From contig JAPEUG010000117.1 of NCBI GenBank assembly GCA_026025795.1, forward strand, positions 1-41,992: 41,992 nt of DNA, written 5' to 3'. Below are positions 12,288 to 21,675 of the stretch, in pieces. The translations under genes and the position numbers were made by a program. The stretch comes from Thelocarpon superellum. Lineage: Eukaryota. Each line of letters opens with the position of its first letter. The first letter of the stretch is position 1. Below the pieces are notes generated by a model. It was not told where the DNA came from. It was given only the letters and a program-made list of their open reading frames with translations, and made no database searches.

Positions 12288-13253
12288 TCAGTGAACCCTT
12301 CGCTGAGCTACTCTGCTCGACTTCTCCTTGCGTAACGAGTCTACTGGATGCTCTCTTTCCCACTTCTCATCTTCAAAGTGCGCTGCAATCGCGAGCTCCA
12401 AGTCGTAATCCGACTGCTTCATATACATGACTGCGACAACGTAACTGTTGCGGGCCGGAGTAGGTTGTCAGCCTCATCCCTCCTAGCAGATTGTTGCCGA
12501 GGTTGCTTACTCCGAGACCTTGCACCGGACCATCCAGCGTCTGATCTTGGCCTTGCGCAGCTCTTCCTCCTCGCCTCCAATGGGACGTGGGCTCAGGCTG
12601 ACTCCGCCTTTGTAATGTGAGCCTGGGACCACGAGGGTACGTCGTGCTGCAAGCAGGTGGTCCGCATAGAGGTTGTTTGTCTGTCGTAGAACGGGCGCCG
12701 GAACTGCATATCGGAGCGAGAGGGAAGCAACGGTGTCATGTGTGTGGTCCACAAAATGCAAGACGTCAGGTGCCGGTGGTGAGCTTCTCAGGGACTCTTC
12801 TGGAGGTGAGATGGACTCGATGGTAGTATACGGCGGAGGATCGGTACTACAGTCGTCGCCGGGTGTGAAATTGGCTGCGTGAGTGGGGGAAGGAGAACAG
12901 GGAGGCGAGTAGGCGGGTGGATCCCGAAGCCCTTGGGGTAACGACGAGGGTATCACCGAAATCTGACAAAATGGACCTGTCATAGCCATCAGCTCTGCCC
13001 CCTTCCCTCGCATCATCGCCAACGGCGGGCTTACAGTAAGTTGCGAACCGAGGGTTGGCCTGAAAGACGATCAGTCTTCGGTAGTGAATGCATGTAGATG
13101 CAAGCTCACATCGATACAATCTGTGCACACTATTCGCCCGCAGCAGCCCGAGGTTCTTGTCGGATGGTATTCAGGCTTCTCGCTCTTCTCGTCGTATCGT
13201 GGCAACAGGGAGGAAAGCAGAGCTGCACAAGTGCAGCATGCAAGATCTGGCAT
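12288..13253 (-). CDS. Intracellular LysM-domain protein with Cys-rich N-terminus and UBA-like C-terminus, 4 exons, ~263 aa
   Basis: LysM-like HFVDHTHDTVASLSLRYAVPAPVLRQTNNL...LVVP. N-terminal CCTC..CCGRIVCTDC..YCPFC. Introns 13109-13060, 13034-12977 and 12510-12445 give an open frame to a stop at 12288. Confidence 0.85.
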
Positions 13254-13552
13254 TGCCGGATGGGTAAAGGATGATACGCACTCTTAATACAAATGAGGCA
13301 GATTTAATAAACAGTAGATGAACAGTAATAAGACATAGAAAAGATACTCTATGTAAGATCGGCAACCTGACCCATGACCTCGACGAATGATGACGGCGTC
13401 CGGCTTCTATCTACAAGTCACGTGATGATAAGGGCACCGAAGCCCTTCGCGCTAGCGGGTAAGCGATCTGCGCACATGAACCTTGCCGTTGCCTCGGAAA
13501 GATTTCATCCTTACCATATCATCTGTGGCATCTTCAAGTCGTGCTTCGAGAG

Positions 13553-13764
13553 GTACGTGAATCATTATGGCAGAGGCTTCGACTGCGGCGTCAGTAGCTG
13601 AGGGATGCAATCGCTTCTCTCCCATCGGCGACTTTTTCCCGATGGGCGGGGAGGACGACACGCTTCCTTCTGGTCGACCGAGAGCTGAAGAACCCTTGGC
13701 TACAAGGGCACTCTTTATCGCTCGAAGCTTCTGATGGCTGACTTGCGCTCGGCGATGTTTACAG
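13553..13764 (+). other. 5'-UTR intron of RPS22 (structured)
   Basis: Donor gag|GTACGT at 13553, branch point GCTGAC at 13737-13742, acceptor TTTACAG at 13764, 50 nt before the RPS22 ATG. Yeast RPS22B also has a 5'-UTR intron. Confidence 0.75.
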
Positions 13765-13814
13765 ATACCTCATTTCGGTTCACGATCTGAGAATCTCCTG
13801 GTCCAACCGCGACG

Positions 13815-14475
13815 ATGGTCAAGACGAGTGTGCTCAACGATGCGCTCAACAGCATCAACAATGCGGAGAAGGCCGGAAAGCGACAGGTCTTGATCCGACC
13901 CAGCTCCAAGGTCATTGTCAAGTTCTTGAGCGTCATGCAGAAGCACGGTACGTGGCCGAGAGCAATGGTTTCGACGCTTGGCAGTTGGCGCTCCCTCGGG
14001 TTGATAACTAGGCAATGGTCTCAATTCTACCCCACTCTATGACCTTTGTCTTTTAAGTACCCGACAGATGGACCTCTTCCGCGAGGATCTTACACGTTCT
14101 TTGATTTCCCTGATAGTCAACGTTTAATCTTTCGCGACATTGCTGACGGGCCATTATTACAGGATACATTGGCGAGTTCGAGGAGGTTGACGACCACCGC
14201 AACGGCAAGATTGTGATTCAGTTGAATGGACGGTACGTTCCTGATGTAGGACGGATGTATGGAGTTTGGTGTTGATTGCCCCCAGCTTGAACAAAACGGG
14301 TGTCATCTCTCCCCGATACAATGTGCGACTTGCGGATCTGGAGAAGTGGGTGGTGAAGCTTCTTCCATCACGTCAATTCGGATACATCGTGCTCACGACG
14401 TCGGCGGGGATCATGGACCATGAAGAAGCGCGGCGAAAACATGTGGCAGGGAAGGTGATTGGCTTCTTCTATTGA
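13815..14475 (+). CDS. RPS22: 40S ribosomal protein S22 (uS8/S15a), 3 exons (13815-13947, 14163-14232, 14286-14475), 130 aa
   Basis: [79 protein letters not shown]...GKVIGFFY; the spliced length is the canonical 130 aa. Confidence 0.98.
13995..14142 (+). ncRNA. snR44: Box H/ACA snoRNA, snR44 homolog, in RPS22 coding intron 1
   Basis: Two hairpins with lower stems tcgggt/acccga and cgcgagga/tctttcgcg. Pocket 1 (GATAACT 14003-9 + TTTAA 14052-6) is complementary to 18S UUAAA-U-C-AGUUAUC. Pocket 2 (TCTTACA 14088-94 + TTTAA 14123-7) is complementary to 25S UUAAA-U-A-UGUAAGA. ACA box at 14137-9 is 14 nt from the pocket. Same host gene as yeast snR44. Confidence 0.88.
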
Positions 14476-15010
14476 TTGGGAGACACGATAGCGAGTCCGG
14501 GTGCATGTTTGTCGATGGCGTGTCCGCCTCATTCGATAGAGCAGTCCATATGAAGCATAGCTGCCAAGCCATCCACGAGACCTCGTCTCTGGGCCTTTTT
14601 TAGATTGATGTGTTTTGCGGAGGTATATTGGGGCGTCGAGCCTGATCTGATGGAGCAGTGCTACGATAGACACGAACCGAGCAGTACAAGTATGAGCGTC
14701 ACAAGACCCTGAAGATACCTGGCCCGGTTTGCTTCCGCCTACTTCAGTATGCACACCGTATCTAGGCGGACGTAGCAGGGGTATGGGCAGCATGCAAGAA
14801 GTGAATGTCCCTGCCAAAAAGTCAGGAACCGAGACTCGACCGTCGGGTCGATTGGCGAGATAGGAGGGCCGAGGCTGTTCAACCAAATCCTACGAGTACA
14901 GGCCCGCCTCTCCGAGATTGAACCTTTGGATATCACGAGGAGGTCATCCCCAGGATTCCGCCACATGGCCAGGTAGCCAATTGTCCACCTCGTCCATAGC
15001 GAGATCCAAC

Positions 15011-16275
15011 ATGGTCCTGGAAGTGATATATGTGACGAGACATGGTGTACGTACCATAACTTATGATACTACGATACCCCTTCTCCCCTCCTCTTTCATA
15101 GTATGACACTGTGACACCCCTTCTCCCCTCCTCTTCCCCCCCCGCCCAGCTCCCCATTCCTCGACAACCGCACACAATCTGCAAAACCTGACGACTGCAT
15201 CCGCTAATACCACCTCGATTCCACAGTTCCGATCAAACTGGGTCGTGGATCCCCAGACGGGGACGTACAGCTCCAACGTCCGCTCCCCCACCAACATCGC
15301 GTCGGACCCGCCATTGGCAGGATACGGAGAAGAGCAGGCACGCGCATTAGCACTGCACCTCCGCACACTCGACGACCCACCGATCGAGCGCATCTACTCC
15401 TCGCCGTACTACCGATGCTTGCAGACCATAGCGCCCACGGTGCGGCTGCTCCAGCAGTCACAACCGCCGAACCCCACCACGCTCGTGAAAATCCGGGCCG
15501 AGACCGGCCTGGGCGAATGGTACGGCCGGGCTTCCTTCCCGCACCCGGGCCCCGCGACGCCCTCCCTCCTGCTCTCGCTGTTCCCGGACGTCTTGTCGGA
15601 CTCTTACATCCCCCTCGTCACGCCCCCCACCCACGGCGAGAGCATCGACGCCCTGCATGATCGCGCGGCTGACACGCTGGAGCGAGTCATCGCGGCGCTG
15701 GATGCAGAGGAGGGTGGACCCCGCGCCGTGCTGATGTGCACACATGCCGCGACGCTGATCGCGGCCGGGCGGGTCCTGACGGGTTACATGCCAAGTCGCG
15801 TGGACGAGAAGGATTTCAGGCCGTTTACGTGTGGCTTGTCTAAGTTTGTGAGACGGCGGGAGGCGTCTCCTTCTCTTCTTTTTCCTCCTCCTCCTCCTCC
15901 TCCTCCGTCGTCGTCATCTTCTACCATTGACGGTCGGCAGAAACGGGGGCTAGACGAGGAAAAGGAAAGGGGAGAGGTGGATTGGCGAAACGGCAAGGGC
16001 GTCGCAGGCGGCTGGGACTGCGTAAAGAACGGCGACTGCACTTTCCTAGCAGGGGGCGAGGAACGAGGATGGTCAGTCGGCGTCTTTATGTTCCTGGCTG
16101 GGTAGAGAGCTGACGGTGTGTGTGAGTGGGGTCGAACAGGTATTTCACGGGTGACGAGGCGTTTGATACTTCTGTCGTGCCTGAGCCGGCTCCCAAGTCC
16201 ACTTCGACGACGAACGCGACCGCGGCCGTTACCGCGAACGGCACGGCAGAGCATGGACCCGCGTCGCGGCTTTGA
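15011..16275 (+). CDS. Histidine phosphatase (phosphoglycerate mutase-like) family protein, TFC7/tau55-like, 3 exons (15011-15046, 15227-16071, 16140-16275), ~338 aa
   Basis: YVTRHGFRSNW (RHG motif), DPPLAGYG, IYSSPYYRCLQT, ETGLGEWYG, CTHAA, NGDCTFLAGGEERGWYFTGDE. The C-terminus is ASRL*. Confidence 0.88.
15062..15135 (+). repeat. Imperfect tandem duplication (34-nt copies, 40-nt period) inside intron 1 of the phosphatase gene
   Basis: tatgatactacgataccccttctcccctcctctt (15062-15095) versus tatgacactgtgacaccccttctcccctcctctt (15102-15135). Confidence 0.85.
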
Positions 16276-16495
16276 TTCCGGATCTTGGCTCATCCTTATC
16301 CTCATTCTTGGCCTGCAGTTGGCGCTTGATCCAAACACTCTGGCCAGCATATTGCGATGAAGCGGTTTTTCAATTGTAGCATACAGCCCGTCTGATCGGC
16401 CTACGACTAGCATAGCGCGGCGGAGCATAGACTCCTTTCTACCGCTAAGCATGAAATGAGAGCAAAGAAAGGAAAGATGGGGGTCCGTCCATTCA

Positions 16496-19234
16496 TCACA
16501 CATGAACCTGTCTCGTCAGTACATCACCCTCCCGCGAACAGAATGAATCTAGGGCACTCACCATATTCAGAAGCCACAGGACCAACAGCATCAAAGCCAG
16601 CCTTAGCACAAGCGAGTCCCGGAAGGAGCGGCCGACCCGGTCAGACCATGTCGTGACGCGTTTCTTCCACCGGCGCGGCTGACGTGGAGGATGCAGAGGG
16701 TGGCGAGAGGGCGACGGACGACCCGGCCCGCCCAGCACGAGGAGGTCCATCTCGCTCGTCGAGAGGCTCTCGTCCCCTGGCGAGGTATCGGGCGCCGAGG
16801 CGCGCTTGCCGCCTGAGCTTGGATCGATGATGTAGGCCGTCACCTGCGCGGTCTTTTCCGAGACCATCCAGCTGCCGGCTAGAAAAAAGAGGGTGATGAG
16901 GGCGACTTCGGTCCAGCGCCCCACGGGGTTGGATCCGTCGCGATCGAGCCAGCCCAGGCTCAACAGTCCCCTGGTGTCTCCCGCCAGCCAGAGGTGGAAT
17001 TGCAGCGTGAAGGTCTCCAGTGAGCATCGGCCCAGCCAGGCGTAGATCCGCGAATGGAAGTTGCGTAGGGTGGGGTAGGCGTTGCGGAGCGTGACAAATG
17101 AGAGGATAGGCAAGAAGGAGATGTATGGATGCCACGCGTTGTACGCGTACTTGTCCGTGAACCCGCTCGCCGCGACGAAGAAGAGGAAGATGATGCCGAT
17201 GGCCCCGACCACCGCCCCGGCCGGGAATCTCCTACTCCGTGGACGTCGTCGCTGCGAAGGCGTGCGAATGTCCTGCGTCGGCTTTTCAGGGCTGTACTTG
17301 ACAAATGCCACCGCGGCTAACATCCCCACGAAGACGATGTACCCATCCAGCGCCACCCGGAATCGCCACTCCGTCACGTCCCACTTGATCCCACAGGTGC
17401 GTCGAAGCAGCTCAAACACCGCCTCCCACGTACCGGGCGTGGCATTAAACATGCCCACGCAGCCGGCCGAAAGAGAAATCTTCGAGACCAGAAACAGAAT
17501 CGAATCGTTGTTGCTGCCTCCCACCCGCATGATGGCGTACACGACAAAGAACCAGAAAGTGACGAGCGACGCAAAGTAGTACGAGAGATACGTCGTCTTC
17601 ATCACGTACGGCAAGGCACAGCTCAGCAGATTCAGCCGAACCAGTACACTGGCCACGCGTCGCAGCGAGTAATCTCCTTTGCGAAGAAAGAAGACGGTGT
17701 GCCCGAAGCCCGTCATGAAGAGGTATGACGCGACGAAGAGTCGAATGATCTGATAGATCCATAGGACCTTCGATGCGTCCGTATAGTGATACACGAGGAT
17801 GAAGAATTGCATCCATCCCTTCCATTCGTCCGTTTGATCTCGCGACAGCACTGGATGGTCCGGCATACTGCGTCCAGGCTGATCTCGACGGCCACGCCGA
17901 TCAGGGGGGCCAGATCGGGAGATGGAAACAGCGCCCAAGGCAAGGATGATGCCGGAGAAGATCCCAAATTGCGCGGCGGAGTAGTTCTTGTGCCTCTTGT
18001 CCATGATTTGCGTCCGATCGGCGATCCAGCAAACTTGGAGCACCGCCAGGAGAATGGCCACGGCCGACAAGGAATCACGCTTGGACCCGAAAAAATGCCG
18101 TGAACGGATGTATTCCAGAACCATGAGGGAGGCAGATATCGTGGCAATGATTATCTGCACCGGAACGATCTCCTCATACCGGCTACAGCATGTGCGGTCA
18201 TGTGGATAGCTGCCGGCCATCTGGTGGTTGCACCGCAAGTTGAGCAAAATATCGGCCTTGGCCGCCGCCACCTCGTCTATGATGTGGATTCCGCTCTCTC
18301 CGTAGGCCGACCGCTGCTTCTCCGTCAGAGCGTGATAGCTCCAGAGCACCTGAGCACTGCTGTTGAGCGACATGTGTTGGAGGTAGTCGTTCATGGGATC
18401 GAGCGTGGCCGAGGTCAGGACCGCCGCGCGGGCCGGCGAGAGAAAGTCGTACCATGGCACCTGGACGGGAGCAAAATAGAGCCAATCTGGTCGGTTACAG
18501 ATCACGGTTAGGCCTTCGGCGGTCGGACCGTAGATCGTGTGAGAGATGCGGTCCATGGTCTTCTGAAAGTGACCGATGGGGTCGTGGTGGTCATGTCGCG
18601 CGAGCCACAATCCTGCCCCGACCAGAATGAGCGCAGGACCGGGAGCATCCCGCGCCGGTGAGATTGGAAGGCCGGATCGGTGGAGCTGGAGCGTTTTGGT
18701 AAGAGCAGTGGAGTTGAGAAAGGGGTCCCAGATGAAGTCGACGGTGGTCTCAAGATGGGTAAAGGTGATGTCGGAATGCTTGTTCGCCAGGCGCAGCTCG
18801 CGACCGAGGCTCTTTTCGTCCATCTTCCGCACCACGGCCCAGAAGACTTGCCGAGTGGTGGAGTCGCCGATGAAGACGAGTCTCTTGGAGCCCAGACAGT
18901 CGGCGATGTCGCGGCTCTGGTACTTGTGGAGCAGGCAGCCCGGTGGCTGCCACTGCCGGAGGGACGAGTCAAGCCATCTGCCCTGGTCCTTAAGGGCCCT
19001 GCACTTGGCGTAATCTGAGACGTCAATACATGGATCCACAGTGTGAAGACGGAGCGGAACCGTTACCTTGCCACATGGACGCCTGCACCGGGATGGTGAG
19101 GACGAGCAAACACCACAACGCATCCTGCAGTACTTCCTTCATCCTGCGCCGGAGTTCGTCAGACGAGACGAAGACAGCCAGGTCTACCTGTTCTTGGCGG
19201 TTTTTGACGCAGTGGCAGTCATATTGGCGGCCAT
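16496..19234 (-). CDS. Cas1p/CASD1-family polysaccharide O-acetyltransferase (SGNH-like domain plus multi-TM Cas1_AcylT domain); not CRISPR Cas1
   Basis: FIGDSTTRQ, LLNLRCN, LSRDQTDEWKGWMQFFILVYHY, YLFMTGFGH, VLVRLNLL, EWRFRVALD, LRN, WLGRCSLETFTLQFHLWL. Introns 19066-19015 and 16561-16508. Start is either 19234 (via a 44-nt intron 19187-19144) or 19142. Confidence 0.92.
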
Positions 19235-20304
19235 AGAGGAATTGTCGTTTCGCCGAGTTGAAATCACTCGGCGTGTGATTTTCACGACATGGACCTTATC
19301 TCGGGCAGCTGTCTCGCTTTTTACTGTGTATGGCACTGATTTGGGAAACGCATGCGAATCTCTCGGCGGTCGTCATTTCACGTATGGAGAACGGAAGAGC
19401 CACGGCAGCCCCAAGCCTTACGACGATCACGAGGACAAGTGGCTTCATGAATGTAGAGGAAAGCGCGACTGGATAGGTACCAGAACTTGCTTTGATCATG
19501 GTCAGTATGAGAGGATAGCTCAGAGGCTATGACATGAATCTTGCGTCCAAAATGTGTAAACCGGAGCGAGTTGAGTTGTTTGGGCAGGGGCGAGATTATC
19601 TTGAGGATCTCCAACTGTGGTCAGGGTGATGGTGTAAGGAAGAGCTCCGTGACTTTCCAAGAGCTAAGCGACGGTCGAGCATCACCCTGTTGGACGACTC
19701 AGAGGGCTGATTATATAATCGAGATGCTGGGGAGCCCTTCCATGAAGACGGGTTCATCACCTTCACCTCCTTCCGTCAGGTAGATATATCAAGGCTTTGT
19801 TGGCCTGCCCGGTCTCTCCTCATTCTTAGTGTTCCCATGGGGCGTCTGCCAATATACTTCAATGTCAATCATATGAATGCTATCATCAATTTGGGATGCG
19901 TCGAGTGCCCGGTCATGTCTTTGTCGCTTCATGTTCTTCGACATCTCCCGAATATGTCTCCTGCCTCGCTCGAACCTCCCCCTTTCATGAGACGTTCTTG
20001 AGCTGGATGCAACGGCTCTCAATGAGATCTCCGGATGCAAGAGACGAGAATGACCTGTCAACGATCTTCGAGTACGAGGCCATCGTCGCTATCACAAGGA
20101 TCGACCTACGTAATTTATCTATTGGCACAATCCATCATCACTTTTCACGATAATCAACTTATTACTCGTTACGGATGTATTCTCTCCCGTCCGGTTCATC
20201 CAATTCGGCACGTTCACGTCCTGCATTGGGCACACGGGCTGGCGATTTGGCTCCCGACGCCTCCGCCGAATACTCAAGAGCCACGAGGAGAAAGTTGGAT
20301 GCAT

Positions 20305-20982
20305 TCAACGCGCGGCTTCACCTTTGTGCGGAGCCAATTGCGAATCGCGTCTAGATGCAGCTTGACCAGAACGAGACGAAGATTGGGTAGGTCGCGACGC
20401 AACTCGAGACGAGGCGGCAGCCGAATCGGGCAGCGACGTCGCCGGAAGCTGAGAGCCTTCAATGGTGGCCACGATGTAAGTCAAATCGATTTCTTTGTCA
20501 GCCTCGACGTCTTGGCCATAGGGCAACGTCGTTTCACGCCAGCCCTCGAGCCACGACGTAGCCTGGGCCACCGCTTCCAGTGCACTCAGACCCGTTTCGC
20601 AAGTCAAGCGGCGTCCCTCGGTGGCGTAGTGGGTTCGGCCAGCACACAACCCGGCTTGGTGCGCGCGCTCCAGGGACAGAGTGTGTGCCATGTTGTCCAA
20701 GGGCGCGTTGCCGAGCTGTGCGTAGGCGCTATATCGACGCATGTGCGCCAGACTGTCTTTGACAAGGCTCAGATCACGCTCGGCTTTCCAAATCGTCGTC
20801 GTCTTCTTCGCACAGTCGCGATTGATGCTAATCAGGGCCTTGGGAAGACAAGAATCGCACCATGGAGAATGGGGGAGACTCACGGAGCCTCGGGCCTTGG
20901 CTGGAATGCGTCCTTGACAACCGCGGCAGGAAAAAGTGATCGGAGGGACCTCCATGGTGGGCTTTTCTTGAGGCTTAGCCAT
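20305..20982 (-). CDS. Hypothetical protein (~225 aa) with CxxC-x19-CxxC motif
   Basis: Open frame from aggATGg at 20982 with an upstream TATAAG near 21060; CRGC...CDSC. No family recognised. Confidence 0.4.
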   Translation of the reverse strand: MAKPQEKPTMEVPPITFSCRGCQGRIPAKARGSVSLPHSPWCDSCLPKALISINRDCAKKTTTIWKAERDLSLVKDSLAHMRRYSAYAQLGNAPLDNMAHTLSLERAHQAGLCAGRTHYATEGRRLTCETGLSALEAVAQATSWLEGWRETTLPYGQDVEADKEIDLTYIVATIEGSQLPATSLPDSAAASSRVASRPTQSSSRSGQAASRRDSQLAPHKGEAAR

Positions 20983-21675
20983 CCTCGTAGGTCGAGCGTG
21001 GGATGAGAGTGATGAGCGATGGCGATACACTGCTCTCCATGCGGGCGCTGTCTCGGATCTTATAGGCCACGATGCCACAGAACATGATGAACAACAAATC
21101 GATCCAAGAGTGAAGAATGAGGAGATGCAACACCAGAGACATACCACGGAGTAACAGGGTGAGGATCTCAGAGCTCAAGGTTGACCCCGGCACTACACAT
21201 CCACCTTGTTCACGATGCAAGATAAGCAAGGGATACAGTCTGTGTTCATGAAGCACCTGGAAACAAAGTGTTCAACAATACAATGATTAATACTGTTCAT
21301 TCCACCAGACGAGGCTCTCTTGACGTGGCAAGTTTAGAGTCCTTCTTAGAACTACGTCCAATCACATTGGCGATGTGACGTTCTGGTAGGATCAGCATGA
21401 GCATGGATAGTCCCAGCACGGCTAGCATTGCCCCTCCTCCATCACCCCACTTGTCTTGGACGTGGGAGAGCTCCAAAGCTGATGAGATCAGTGGCGTGAG
21501 GAGCAGGTCGTGGACGAGAACTAGCCAGCACTAGGCCTCGAGCTCGGACGGAGCTGAGAGGCGTCATGTCAGACGTACTTCCGTCTCCACCTCTCGCGCA
21601 TGACTACTTGTGTCAGTCCTTACCCGCCCTTTCTGCCCCGACTGACCCGCGCTCGTCCATGGGAGTGTCTGCATC

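Noticed and set aside
15047..15226. Possible stwintron (internal CATAG|TATGAC) in the phosphatase intron 1
   Set aside because: Nested splicing would break the RHG-FR reading frame; a single intron explains the protein.
16496..19234. CRISPR-associated Cas1 interpretation
   Set aside because: Name coincidence only. The motifs are those of the capsule-synthesis Cas1p acetyltransferase, and no repeat-spacer array exists in the window.
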